Translations under genes and position numbers: made by a program | Part shown: piece by piece, positions 13,721 through 26,885 of the stretch | Layout of the letters: every line of letters starts with the position of its first letter | Position numbering within the stretch: position 1 is the first letter of the stretch | Assembly: GCA_964016885.1 (NCBI GenBank) | Contig: OZ024743.1 | Coordinates: 310,248,001-310,312,000 of the forward strand | Direction: 5' to 3' | Source: Eledone cirrhosa | Lineage: Eukaryota | Length of the DNA stretch: 64,000 bases | The notes under the pieces: model-generated | The model's database searches: none | The model's input: the letters and a program-made list of their open reading frames with translations, nothing else | Told to the model about the DNA's origin: nothing

Positions 13721-14237
13721 CTATATTGTATTGACTTTTATACATTAAATTTTGCTCTGGTACTTACACAGAGCACTCTTCACTTCTATGACCTTTTCTG
13801 TTTTCAACGGAAATTTCAATACATATATATATATATATAACGTTTATATTCATAATCGTTTCATTGAATATATATGGGTATATAATAATAAGTCACAAAT
13901 TTTTTTGAAGTAGAGCATTGATAGATTTTTATTATAAACTTATAAATGCTATCTTACCTTCTTTCATTGTCCTCATAACAAATTAATTGTTTATATACTT
14001 ACACAATTTCATTTATTGTTATTGAGACGGAAAAAATGCGGGCATCTTTTATTTTTTGTTGTTTCCGTTTGTAGATGATAATACAATAAAAATATATACT
14101 CCCTTTTGTGTTTGCTTTGCGATATTGTTGGCATTAAATCGTCTGTTGAAATATATTTGTTGTCTATGTTGCCAATGGAACCACGCCTACAGTTTGAGCT
14201 TTCACTTCAATTATATATATTTGTTATTTATTTATTA

Positions 14238-14900
14238 GGGTAGTGGATTGGCAGTAATCGGTAGAGCGTCTGAAAACACTCTTCGCAACATATAGTTACG
14301 CATATTTACGTCCTGAGTTCACATTCCGCGAGGTGAGCTTTGCCTCTCAGCTGAACGCAGTCGATAAAATAAAGTTGCAGTAATGCACTGGGGCCGATTT
14401 AATCGACGTCTTCCTCGTCCAAAATTGTTGGCCTTATGCCTAAATCAAAAACCAATATTGATTATTTAATATATAATAAATAACAAATAAGAAATAAAGT
14501 AAGAAATAAACAATAAGTATAATGAAATCGTTAATAATCAGGCAATTGATGTTAGCTTTTCCTTTCATCCTTACAGGGTCAATAAAATAAAGCACCGGTG
14601 ATGCACTGGGGTTGATTTAATCGACTTACCCTACCCCCAACATTCCTGGCATTGTGCCTAAATCAGAAACCATTATTAATCAGGTGGATTAGCAGTATCG
14701 ATAGAGCGTCAGACAACATACTTCTCAGCCTAGAGAACGGTCTTTAATATTCTGAGTTCAAATGCCGCCGAGGTTAGCTGTGCATTTCATCCTTGCGGGG
14801 TCGATAAATAAAGCACCAGTAATGCACTGGGATATATTTAATCGATTTTTCCTTCCCCCAAAATTGCTGGCATTGTGCCTAAATTAGAAACAATTATTAT
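14238..14900 (+). mobile_element. Cluster of three tRNA-derived SINEs (14238-14460, ~14540-14680 partial, 14683-14900)
   Basis: A-box-like tggcagtaatcgg, B-box gagttcaaatgcc, and gtcgataaa(a)taaagcaccag. Confidence 0.8.
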
Positions 14901-15834
14901 TCAGGTAATTAGTCTACCAGTTCATTGGTTAATCAATTAATTAATTGTTAAATTCATTTCGTCAAATCTGTGACCTCATCGATGTCTCTTTTTTATCTAT
15001 ACTTCAACTTTACTCCACCATTTGATATTTTTCATGATGTATTTCTAACAATGTTTAAACTATTTTATGCTCCCTGTAACCGATATCATCATTATATTTC
15101 TTTCCTGAAACATATGGTGAAATATATAAATGGGTTATTAAGTAAAGGGAATTAGTGTATCGCAACACTGATTCCCAATACGTTAAACTATTACAGGGTT
15201 TTTCTACGGATTTTGGATCACCATATGCTCTAGTGGATTGCATGTTAATGTTCGTTACACAGAACGCATTTTAATGCAACTTGAACCATTGTGTGTGAGG
15301 ATAAAGTAATTGTTGCTCTATCTACTCGACTGGAAAACCTTATGATGAGAAGCTTACGAAGGATGAATATAAAATAGTGCCATATTTGGCTTTATAACGT
15401 ATTTCATCGTACATTTTTCGTGCCTTTGTTCAGATTTTTATAACTGAAATTCACTGTGGCGAAAATTCAATTTATTCAATAGTGTTAAATTATGAGGTTA
15501 GTGGGAGAGCATTGTTTTATGTTAATATTGTTATACGAAATAGTATTTGTAGCCCTGAAATCCTTTAACTAATTCCAAGTGATTTAGGGTGATTATAGCT
15601 GCGTTCATGTAAATTATTACCTCCTTCATGTGTAGCAAGATTTAGTGTAGCATGCCCGCGAATAAAGTTGAATAGAAGATTACACGCATGCGAAGACATA
15701 CACCTATAAACACACAAACATAATATGAATATATTTCACCATCTATAAATAGCAGCTTACCTTATTCTCATAGGACCGCTATATATATATAATATATGTA
15801 GAGTATAGGTATATTCATTTTATTAAAGAAATTA

Positions 15835-15900
15835 CTTTTACAGGATTAGAACTGTTTCGTTAAGAAAAAAAATCATCAGGACTTTCCTGATGATTTCTTA
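15835..15900 (-). ncRNA. Degenerate hammerhead (family D) with a tiny inverted restart
   Basis: Minus strand: tc-CTGATGA-tttt...aac-GAAA-cag ttctaatc ctg-TA. Plus strand shows tcatcagga-ctt-tcctgatga. Confidence 0.55.
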
Positions 15901-16411
15901 CGTATATATATATATTTCTCACTGCTATTCTCTCACTCTCTATCCTTCTATAGAATAAATCCGCTGTATTCAGACCTGGAGATGAGGTGGGCTTCGTCAA
16001 TTTTGAAAATGAGCAAGTGACTCCACATATCAATATGGCGACCATACGACTTCTCTAAGGAGTTACGGGACCATGCATTTATATATATATATAATTCGAT
16101 CCTTTACATAGTCGTAGAATGAAATGATCGATGTGAAAACCGAAACAAGAACACTGCTTTACAAAAGAAGTTCTCTTATTCCTTCGCGCTTAAACGTTAA
16201 CCAACGATACTATTATTTAAGCTGTATTTATGTTGCTAGAGCATTAAGACGCTATTAGATATGGTAGATGTCAAGAGATTGGGAGGGAGAATAACGATAA
16301 GTGCCGAAGAATTATTGATTTATAATACTAATATTTGCTGCTTCATTGCTGATGGATGAGTTAATATGCTTGGTTTATAATCACATAATATAATTGAGGA
16401 TCTTATTGAAG

Positions 16412-16645
16412 TGTGCGGCCTAGTGTTGATAAAGGTGTTAGAATTATGAGCATAAAATAGTGACTTTGATTCCTAGACAGGATTGAGCAAAAAACTTCAT
16501 TACACGTTTCGCTCCAGTATACTCAGCTAAAGATGAGTACCAGCAATCGCTGCCATCCTCCCCAGGTGGTGTCTTGTTCTCTCAGTCACTTCATGCCACG
16601 GAAATCGAGATAAGCACCGGCCTGATGAGTCTCCGGGGCTCAAGA
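16412..16645 (+). mobile_element. Old tRNA-derived SINE of a second family (Nin-domain-like tail)
   Basis: ggcctagtg head, ttgagcaa, ctccagt..actcagct...gagtac, tail cttcatgccacggaaatcgagataagcaccggcctgatgag. Confidence 0.5.
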
Positions 16646-16829
16646 CACACGTTAGACAATTATTGGCTGGTGAGTGGCTCTATGTACGCTTCTACATTGT
16701 GGAGTTGATTGTTTCATTCTATGATTCACAGATAAATGTTGTTTCGAGTGTCTCAAAGGAAGGAAATGTTATTTTTTCTGATGAGTATAAATGATATGTC
16801 TGGTACTGAATATAGCACTTTGTCTTCTG

Positions 16830-17225
16830 TGGCCTCTTATGGATGGAGAAAAATGAATTCTATGATTCACAGCTCGATACTTTCCATCAATGAGGCCTCC
16901 AAAAAATCTTGGGTATTAGAAGGCAAGAAAAGGTCTCAAACGGAGATATGATTTGAAGAGCCAATGCCACACATTTGAGTCTTGTGACCAAGAGCAGAAA
17001 AATACAGTTAGCATGGAATGTCATATAAATGGGGACAATATGCCAACAAGAACTGCTATGTCAAGGTTGCCAGCTGGTAGAAAAAGACCAAAGGGTAGGC
17101 TAAAGAGAAGCTGGAGATCCACCCTAAAATACGACCTTCGTATGTGTGGCCCAAACCTGGTTTTCAATCGGCAACTCTTGCACCAACCCTTGCCAGAACC
17201 AGAGGAAGATGACAGAGCATAGTGT
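16830..17225 (+). mobile_element. Degraded RTE-type LINE C-terminal fragment
   Basis: Peptide PTRTAM...AGRKRPKGRLKRSW...KYDL resembles the GxRxxGRPxxxW end motif of RTE ORFs. Confidence 0.5.
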
Positions 17226-17739
17226 CCCGATGACCAATTGCTCCAGTTGTGCGCAGTTCATAAGTTGGTCGGTACAACCACATTCCTTCATTTAAAATCC
17301 GCGCAGGAATTTACTTCGCAATTTTACGTCGCTGTTATATATAAGATATATGAAGGTCCATTCATTGAGAAGTGAAGTATTTAAAATCACTGAATGCGTA
17401 TAGCAAGGTTTGATAGCATTGCCAAATTGATATGTGCTGGGTTTTTTTCTATAATATAATCAAATATATCCAGTTTTTTGGCAATCGGCCACATATACTC
17501 GTGGTATATTTGTGCTACAGTACATCTATTTACGGAGGTATTAGTTTCTTAGGAATATGAGTTGAGGGGTAATATGCATCTGTTTATATCTGAACAAATA
17601 CTGACTACTCTCTTATAATAAATATCCGTAAGCATGAAACCAAACCAACGGTTGCCAATAAATTTACCTGCAATATTATAATTTTTTCCTAGACATGTTT
17701 TGTAAGTGATGGTTTCTGCCTTAGGCACATGGTCACACA

Positions 17740-18185
17740 TTTTGGGGAAGGGAAATTCGATGAATTCGACTCCAGTAGGTTATTGGTATTATATTTTAGT
17801 GGCCTCCGTAAGGATGAAAAGCAAACTTAACTTTGGCGGAATTTGAAATCAGAACGTAAATGGCCTTAACTATATGCCACAAAGCATAATGTCCGACGCT
17901 TTACGGATACTGCCAATCCACCGCCCAGTAATAATTGTTTCTACTTTTGGCATAAGGCCAGCAATTAACCAGTACATTACTGGTACTTTATTTTATCGAC
18001 CCCGTAAGGATGAAAGGCAAAGTTGACCTCGAATAATGCGTTACTGGTATTTTATTTATCGATTCCCTAAGGATGAAAATCAAATCTTACTTCGGTGGGA
18101 TTTAAACCCCAAACCTAAAGAGTCGTAACTTTATGCCCCAAAGCCTGTTGTTCAATGCGCTTTTGATACTACCAATCCACAACCC
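17740..18185 (-). mobile_element. Three tandem tRNA-derived SINE copies
   Basis: Repeated ctggtac/ttttatcgac..cccgtaaggatgaaaggcaaag...tgccaatccaccgcc. Confidence 0.8.
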
Positions 18186-19284
18186 AAGTTTCATATTTAT
18201 AATAAATGCTTCATGAAATTTAAAATAGGAACATATTCATAGAAATATTAAGTTTCTTTTATCAATCTGAATATAATGGTACTAAAAACATTAATGATTC
18301 TGGCCATATACTATAGGGCCTATAACTCCTCATAGTGGCGTAAAGCTCATTTAATATATATGTCCAGACTCATTAAATAAAGGAGTTATCTAAATCTTTT
18401 AAACCTTGTGAAGCCCATCATTTCCAGGTCAGAACACAGTAAATTTCCACTAGTGACAGAGAGAATGGATGGAGAGTGTGAAGAATGAGAAATATAGGTA
18501 GAGAAAGAGTAAAAACACGAAAGAGAGATTACAAAATATACATTAACAACTAGACTAGTACTTTATTTATCAGGCACGAATTGTTGAAGGGCAATATTAT
18601 CTTCGATGGAATTTACATTCAAAGCGCAAAGAACCGAAACGAATATCACAAACATATTCTATCGGATGAACTAATACATTTACCGATTCATTGCCTACAT
18701 CTCTGTAATAAGCCCTATAACAAAAGAAAATGAATCTATCGTCAGATTGGAACAAGGAGACTAGGATTTCATTGCTAGTACTATCAGTTGGAGGCACTCA
18801 TGCAGATGAAATGAGCTTATCAGTAGATCAAACGAAAGAAATAATGTTTCTATTCATCTTTTTATGTGATGCTACCTGCTGGTCACAACTCCTGGCAAAA
18901 GGAATGATTTAATCATCAGAGCAAATCAAACAATATGTTTCCATTGGTTTTTCCATTACTGTTACTATCTGTTGGTCACAACTCCTTACAGGATGTGGAA
19001 TTTGAAAACGCACAGTGCCAAATTAGATATCGCAAAGATCCTGTCCAAATCCTTAAAATTTCAACCAGTCTACTACTCATGGACTCATGCTTTATAATTT
19101 ACCATTGAAAGCATAAAGATAAAAGTAAAGTTGACCGCGGCAGGAATTGAACATAAAACGTAGAATGTCAGATAGAGATACTGAATCTTTCCAATCCGGA
19201 GCTCTAAAGACGGCCAAAGCAGTGCCTAAGAAAGAAACGTTCAGGGTGCGGTTTAAGTCTTACTTATTGTACGTGTATCATTAA

Positions 19285-19480
19285 TAATTCTTTATAGTAT
19301 TGACACAAGGACAGCAATTTGAGGGAAGGTGAAAGTCGATTATATCAACCTTAGTATTTAACTGCTACTTTATTTCATTGACTCGGGAGGGGTGAATGGC
19401 AAAGTTGCTCTCGACGGTATTTGAACTCAGAACGTAGAAACTAGCTAGTATCTATACATCGCAAATGTTGTCCAATGCTG
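19285..19480 (-). mobile_element. tRNA-derived SINE (diverged)
   Basis: gtcgattatatcaacc...ggcaaagttgctctcgacggtatttgaactcagaacgtag. Confidence 0.7.
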
Positions 19481-21014
19481 GCAAATCTCCATCCTCCAGA
19501 GCTGTTAATAATCACGGTACTAGCGTTAAAAGCTTTAAAATACTAGCGTTAAAAACTTTAAAGTCCCATATTGGAATGACATATATACCAGCATTACTTG
19601 ATATATGAACAATCATGCAAATTGGAAATTTGCGTTTGGATAAATTTAGGTTTGCACATGAGAAACATATAGTTTATGTTGATTACTGATACCTAGAAGG
19701 TATCAAAGATAAAAATGAAATGTTAATAATTTAATCTAGAATATAATTACATCAATATTCAGCACACACATATATATGTATGCCATACAGGACTGAATGT
19801 ATATGTATCTTTGGAGAAATAAATATTTACAGGGACGAACGTAGGACTCGAACCCGGGATCTTGTGATTGGAAAGCGTACATCTTATTGTAGCATGATAG
19901 ATATAGAAAATGCATTATAGATGTAAATTGTCATGAGTTACACACGGATATATGTATATTATATAAAGAGATGGACAGAGACAGATACATCCAGATGTGA
20001 TGTATTATGTTTTATCCTTTTTGTTTTATTTATTTAAAAAGAAGCATAGCAGCCATAACACCATTACCATACTTATTATCGATAAAATAGATTATATTCT
20101 TTCTAGATTTAGGTCGATATATATATCCAATTAACTTAAACATTAAGGAGTAATCTTTAAATGCTAATACATAAGTACATTGTTTCAATACAAAAAAAAA
20201 AAATGTTTGTGATATTCATGTAGAATATTGATTTGAAATCAAGCTAAGATAAATATTTTTATCTGATCGAAAAGCAGGCGGAAATAATGGAATATATCAC
20301 TTGTGTGAAATGTCATGATCAAATAATATATATTTCTTTCTATGTGTCGTGTTCCATGCTATAAGTACCACAGGATTTATACAAATCCGCTCAGAATTAT
20401 TGCAACAACGATTTAATTTCCATAGACATAGGCAGTTTTTCATCTTCAATGAAACAATCACGTATGTCAACTACGTACCAATATTTAGGCATTCTAAGTG
20501 TCGATGTGAAGTATGACTATACACTCACTATTAGTTGGCATGAAAAATGCTAGATGGTAAAGTATCAGACTATTGTATTTGATGAAATATCAGACAGATT
20601 TTTCCATAAAGTTTGTCCAAAAATACCCACAAGTTTTCCAAGAACTCGAAAATATACGGTAAAGCATCTCGTCCGAGGTTCTAAGAATTCTGTCTATAAA
20701 CTGCCATGGTCTAGTACACCAGTAAGATGAAATTCAAAGACAACTTCGGCATGATTTGACTTCGCAGTTAAGTACTATGTTCTAAAGACAGTATTGATTC
20801 ACTACCAACTATAGGAATCTCTCTTCTATTCTCATCCCGTAACACCTGATGGAGTGATTGGTGGTATCATATTGATATAAGAAGTTTTGGGACGTTTTTT
20901 TAAAACCCAGTGGAACCCATCTCCTCTCTAGGTTTGAATATTGTAGATTTATTCCAGAGAAAAATAGAAAGTGGGAGAAAGGAAGTGAGAAAAACATGTA
21001 GAGGGAGAATCCAC

Positions 21015-21168
21015 CGTTGTACCCAACTGGTACTTTTTTTTATCATCCTCGAATCGATGAAAATCAAAGCTGACCTCAGCGGGATTTGAAATCTGAGAGC
21101 AGAGAACCGGAACGATTACCGCTAAGCATTCTATCCGATGTTCTAGCGACTCTGCTAATTCGCCGCCA
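21015..21168 (-). mobile_element. tRNA-derived SINE
   Basis: ctggtactt...tgacctcagcgggatttgaa...ctctgctaattcgccgcc. Confidence 0.75.
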
Positions 21169-21764
21169 TAACTATAGGAAAACATTTCAATGAAAATAAA
21201 ATCATATTTAATAACCGTTACTGAAATCTTCGGAGATGTATATTACATGCTGGCGCACCTTAAAAGCCATCGAATAAGGTAAATGAATTTTCTTAATATT
21301 TTAAATTCCAATTCCGATGTTAGCTTTTGCAGTATCAATAGCGATATGTAGAACTTGATTTGATTTATATTCCATCTTCCCCAAAACAATTTTTGCCTCG
21401 ATACATTGTAAATATTCACACCTAGCTAGAGGCAAAAGATATTGATATGAATCCATTTAACGATAGAAACTAAATCTTTTAAGTGCTGCTTTTTTCAGAA
21501 CATGCGATATTAGTAGAAAGATTGTAAACCAGGAAAACAAATAAAATACCTATTCAGGAAATACAGCAGAATAAACTAGTCGATGACTTTGCTCATGATA
21601 CCAGATTATTTGAACAATCTTGTATTATGAAAGTTTGGATTAATCCTATTTGCATTGTGCATGATGAATCGAGATAAAATCTGTAATCCGATGCCAATAC
21701 GTATCAACAGTAATAGCATGTTACTTCTTTTAAAGGATCTTTTTTTTTATTTAGAAGAACAAGA

Positions 21765-21955
21765 GTGGTGGATTAGCTTTTACAGCGTATAGTTACGTTC
21801 ATTTACGCTCAGATTTCACATCCTGCTACGGTTAGCTTTGCCTATCATACTAACGGAGTCGATAAAATATAGAACCAGTAACGTACTGGGTCTATTTAAT
21901 CGACTTTCCCCTCCTTCAAATTGTTGGCCTTGTGCCCAAATCAAAAGCCATTATT
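21765..21955 (+). mobile_element. tRNA-derived SINE (diverged)
   Basis: ctttgcctatcatac...gtcgataaaata.agaaccag...ggccttgtgcccaaa. Confidence 0.7.
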
Positions 21956-22138
21956 AATATGAAACATAATATAAGGTGTATTGCAGAATTAATACAACAC
22001 TTGTCTAAACATAAATGCCATCATTCAAATCGAACAAATGAAAATATCTCAATGTATTTTCGTATATTGAAGCAATATCCTTCGTTTTCCCTTAATAATA
22101 CGTACACACGCGCACGCAAAGGATTGGCATACACACGC

Positions 22139-22204
<66 letters not shown>

Positions 22205-22218
22205 GTGTATACTAGCTA

Positions 22219-22251
<33 letters not shown>

Positions 22252-22254
<3 letters not shown>

Positions 22255-23098
22255 TACCCGCATTACCCGCGCTTTGCTGCGTTTCACACATTTTTTTTGT
22301 AAGAAAATGATCATCGATTTTAAATCAGTGATATGATTTATGGAGAAAAACTGTATTTCAATATTACTCAATGTAAAATGTAATGCATGAAAAATTGGAA
22401 ATCATTGGCAGTATCGGTAGAGGGTCGGACGCTATGCTTTGACGTATAGAGTTACGGCCCTTGCCATTCTGAGTTCAAATCCCGCCGAGGTTAACTTTGC
22501 CTTTCATCCTTACGGGGTCGATAAAATAAAGTACCAGTAATGCTCTGGGTAATTTCTAGCCTTGTGCCAAACGTAGAAACAATTATTTTGTGTAATATAT
22601 CAAATCAAAATTACATTGTTAAATCTTATTCTTATTTTGTTTCTTGTAAATAATTTTCTTCAAAATATCAATTCAATGTTTTGTGAATTGGCATCATATC
22701 TTGTTATTTACCTATGGTTTAAAGTTCATATAAATCGAAGGGAAAATATTTTCAGAGGGGGTCTGTGCCTCCTGGGAACTCTAATAGGGGGTTTAACCTC
22801 CATTAGTGTGTCTTAATATTATTGAAATTTGCTGAAATTTTGTGAATAGGCATCATTCCTTATCATTTACCTATGGTTTAAATTTCATATAAATTGAAGG
22901 GAAAACATTTTCAGCGGGGATTTGTGCCCCCGAGGATCCCTTTGATTAAAATGAAATATACTTATCCAAGTACCCTGGGCAATGTAGTTTCAGAATATAT
23001 ATGGTTATGGGGATCTATCTCCAAAACCATAGCAGGAGTTCGTGAACAAACAAACAAACAAACAAACAGACAGGAACTACAACTTTATATATATAGAT
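22252..23098 (-). mobile_element. Probable non-autonomous Helitron-like element containing a SINE (22400-22587, +)
   Basis: Minus-strand 5' end atctatatatataaag followed by (TGTT/TGTC)n. 3' end cgcagcaaagcgcggg...gtagta resembles a hairpin plus degenerate CTAG. Confidence 0.55.
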
Positions 23099-23639
23099 AT
23101 ATATACACATAAATTATAATGTTAATCAATTCATTAAAAAGACTATTTATACAGTAGATTAATCGAAGTTTCCCCCCAGCCCCGAAACTTTGTGGCTTTG
23201 TGCTTAAATCAGAAAACCTTTTTTATTTCTTCCTACAGGACTTGGAGGCACTGAAAAGCAAGATGGCAGTTGCCTTACAAGTTTTAACTCAGCCATTTAA
23301 AATAACAACCAATCCAATACACCAATTGTTAAACTAAAACTACTTAAAATATTGCTTGTAATTTGAACGCGCGTGGTTTACTAGAATTTGTGAGTTCGAT
23401 TCCAGGACCGGTTGATGTGTTATGTCCTTGAGCAAAACATTTTATTTCACGTTACTGTTTCTGTCAAGTGTTGTGATCGGTAGATAGTATCAGCAATGGA
23501 CAGCCCAGTAGAAATAGTGTAAAGCGAATGAGGTCAGGGAACTTGTTCGTTTCTTCAATGTGATTCCAATTTTTTTTCTGATTCTTGTTTCATTAAAATT
23601 CTTTATCGAACTTTCTTTGATATTTATTTTATAAGAAAT

Positions 23640-23932
23640 GGGTCTGGAATAAACCTCCCTCGGCGTCAGCTATGATCATCCCAATTATTCACTCAACGCT
23701 TGCTCGTGAAATTAACATGTTAGTGGATGAGTATTAGACAAACATGTGTATTGTTAACGTAATTCTCAGGAAGATTCAGCCTGAGACAATGTATGATAAG
23801 ACTGGCTCTTTGAATTATACAGGGAAACAGACGTACTTCCAAACAGTTTAACATCGAGCTAGGGGTCGATAAAATAAAATACCAGTAATGCACTGGGTAT
23901 GTGCTGGCCTTCTGCCAAAAGTAGAAACAATT
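23640..23932 (+). mobile_element. Cephalopod-type SINE body plus SINE tail
   Basis: cttgctcgtgaaattaac...aacgtaattctcaggaagattcagc...ctggctctttgaa, followed by ggggtcgataaaataaaataccag. Confidence 0.55.
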
Positions 23933-24181
23933 ACTCAAACTACTTCTGTATACACGAAGCTAAGGAACATTACATTTGCTCTGGATACCTGGAAATGGTA
24001 TAGCATCCGGTCCTAATGATTGCGAAGCGACCTTATTTAACGATCGGCTCTCCTATACCCACTCTTTTATATATAGTCACTGCGTATCGACGCCAAATCC
24101 CAAATAGCAATTTATCTCAATTTCTTCATTCTAGTTCACCCATATGCTGGTCTATCACAATGACACAACCATATAAATATA

Positions 24182-26116
24182 CCGTGTTTCCCCGATTATA
24201 AGCCATGGCTTATATTAATTTTTACTCCGAAATGTACCACTACGGCTTATTTTCGGTGTAAGGGGTTCATATACCGAAAAAAACGACACTACGAGACTGA
24301 AAATTACAAATTCGCTAAATGATTGGAAATTACGAAAACACAATCGGCATTTACACGCAACGTTTACTTGAAAGATGAAATTTATTAAACATTAACACAC
24401 CCTTTAATTCACAAACTCATGAGCGAAATAATCCACTAATTTATTCAAAATTAATCATGTCATCCTGCTCTGGAATGTCATTGTTTCCAAATCAGTGGAT
24501 TCAATGATTCCTGTGGAATGTTCTTGTGACTCAATTGCCTGCAGAATTTTCGTCCCTAGTTTTTCATGTTGAGCGATAGAGGTCGAATTGAATGGAAAGT
24601 TCTTATCCAGATAGCCTGCTCGTAGTGCATTCATGATAGCTATCTGTGATTTTGTTCCATGAATTTCGCACCCAAGTCACGATCTCTTAAAGGCTGGGCA
24701 TCACGAAATTTCCCCGCTCATTTCTCGCCATTCTGTTTTCGATGTAGTCATTTATTTCCATTCGCAGATGGTCCTTGAATGGTTTATTCAGTGCCTTGTC
24801 AAGAGTCTGGAGATAGGCGGTCATTCTTGCGGGATTCATGATTTCATCGATTCTTCTTTCTGCAAGAAAGTTCTTCATATCTTTGGCGCGGTGCGTTGCT
24901 GGCTGAATCCCAGACTATGAGACCTCTTTGGGTTCCACGCAAAATCAATGGTAGCATGAAATCGACCCACTTCCTTAAAACTGCCTGTGTGCACCACGCC
25001 TTTTCAGTGTCCAGAACACAGATACCTGAAATGCGTTCAATTTTATCTTTCTTGCCTTTAGTGATGATAAGAGGTGGGGCTTGGCTTCCGTCGAGACGAA
25101 TTGCCAAGATACACGTAACTCGTGCACTTTCGTAACTAGTGGATGGAATGTAAATTGACGACGCACCCTTTTGATCAATTGTAGATTGAGAGCTTTGATC
25201 CATGACTACTGCTGTTTCATCCATAGCAATCATGTCGGAGAGACGGTAGTTAGAAAAGTCTATTCCATCAACATAAGACTTAAATGCGAGTGCACGTTTA
25301 ATAATCTCAGTATCGTCCAGTTTGAACAGTGTTGTCGATCTTCTCAGAGAAAATTCGTGTCGCTGAAGGAAATTATCCAGCCAGTGTTTGGATGCTTTGA
25401 ATTCTTCTGGAACTATACCAAACTCTAGTGCATTTGTAAGGGCAAATGTTTGAATATCAGCCCTGTGAACAACCAAAGCTCTGGCTCTTCTTTCAGCAAT
25501 CCATTCACAAATTGCGTCTTCCAGCTCAAGAAATATCGGTTGTCGACCAGATCCACGCTTACGTTTCTTTGCATTTCCCTCGTCCAAGTCCTGACTGAGT
25601 TTATCGTAGTCCATTCTCCAACTTTGAACCATTCGGAGCTCCAGATTCTTTTCTTTGCAGAAAATAGTAAGATTTTTGCCCAGTGATTCCAGCACATTTC
25701 CTTTCTTGTACTCGACTGTATAACTCTTCCTTCCTTTCATCTTGTCTAGGGCTGAAAATGATCTTCTCCTCTGAAGTTACTGATAAGCCATTATTTCCGG
25801 TTTGTACCCGCATTTGCATAAGCAATATTGATTGCACGCACTTCCCCCTTTCCTTTCGTTAATTTCATTATCGATTTTATTCACTTCCGCGCATTGCACA
25901 AACTTCTTATACACCCGCTTGTCAGTTGGTTTTACATTAAGATACGATCCTGTTCTATAATGGCTGATTGCGCCAATTTTCATAGCTGGCCATTTCTTTC
26001 TTTTGGCGTTCATTTTTGCTACGATTTATTTTCTGGGCATGGCTTATATTAAATCCATCCTGAAATATAGTGCTACGGCTTATTTTCGGGGGTGGTTTAT
26101 GATGGGGGAAACACGG
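24182..26116 (-). mobile_element. Complete pogo/Tigger-family (Tc1/mariner) DNA transposon
   Basis: TIRs ccgtgtttccccgattataagcca / tggtttatgatgggggaaacacgg, with TA on both flanks and an internal transposase. Confidence 0.93.
24450..25740 (-). pseudogene. pogo/Tigger transposase (CENP-B-type HTH + DDE_1), frameshifted near 24880
   Basis: RKSYTVEYK, GRQP..LE..I.EWI, FKASKHWLDNFLQRH, AMDET, IVWDS and LQTLD..LNKPFK. Confidence 0.9.
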
Positions 26117-26159
26117 TATATATATATATAGATATATATATAGATATATAGATAGATAT

Positions 26160-26885
26160 ACTCTTTTACTCTTTTACCTGTTCCAGCCATCCGGCTGAAG
26201 CCATGCCGGGGCACCGCCCTTGTTGCTACACATTTTATCTCCAACCTGTATTGATTGGCCACTGGTGCAAGAGGGAGGTCGTTGCTGCTGCCCTTAGGTT
26301 TTATTGTGCCTTGCTGTGGGCTCATCCGGGACCTGGATAGCAAGGTGTTGAGATGTTTCTTGAAAACATCCATGTCCACACCATGCAGATCTTTCAGATC
26401 CCTCGGCAGCTTATTGAAGAGTTGAGGGCCCTTGAACCCCAGGCTATTGTAATATCTGCTCCATATTCTATATGTGGATGACGGGACCTTTGGCACCACA
26501 AAACCACGTCCTGTTCGGCGGTTGGTCCAGGTCCCAATGCCAAAGTTTGGTGCTAGTCCCTCCAGGATTTTCTATATGTATATCATTGCGTATCTCTCAC
26601 GTCTTCGTTTCAAGGAGTAGAGGTTCAGTTCTTTTAGACTCTCCCAGTAGCTAATCTCCTTCATCGTCGCAATCCTCTTGGTGTAGCTTTGTTGGATTGC
26701 CTCAAGTTCCGAGGTTAGTTTGACACTATGGGGTGACCGCAGCTAGGAGCAATAGACCAGGCGGCTTAGGACAAATGTCCTCCATAGTGTCAACATGGTC
26801 TCTCGGTCCCTTGTCCGGAAAGACCTCAAGATCCAACCAGCGAGTCGTCTGCACATTGTTGACACTGTTATGATGTGTGAGGAAA
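26160..26885 (-). mobile_element. 3' fragment of a CR1-type LINE
   Basis: Matches 45518-45810. Peptide KGPQLFNKLP..L...MDVFKKHL and tail (gtaaaaga)n. An inverted 70-bp piece recurs at 27401-27470. Confidence 0.8.

Larger units (their letters stand above)
5875..13830. mobile_element. Rearranged Penelope-like element: RT-GIY-YIG core with multiple direct and inverted pseudo-LTR copies
   Basis: Minus copies at 5875-6470, 6485-7660 and 9130-11773; plus copies at 7663-9126 and 11775-13830. They share a hammerhead, (TAAAAA)n and (CA/TG)n tracts. Confidence 0.85.

Noticed and set aside
16618-16645. CTGATGAG...CTC resembling a hammerhead 5' half
   Set aside because: No following GAAA or stem III. 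It belongs to a SINE tail.
19830-19890. tRNA-like sequence on the minus strand
   Set aside because: Only a T-arm/B-box remnant with no full cloverleaf. Likely a SINE head.
23238-23340. Possible host exon after the acceptor-like ttttatttcttcctacag
   Set aside because: Short, no recognisable protein and no partner exons. It would need RNA-seq support.
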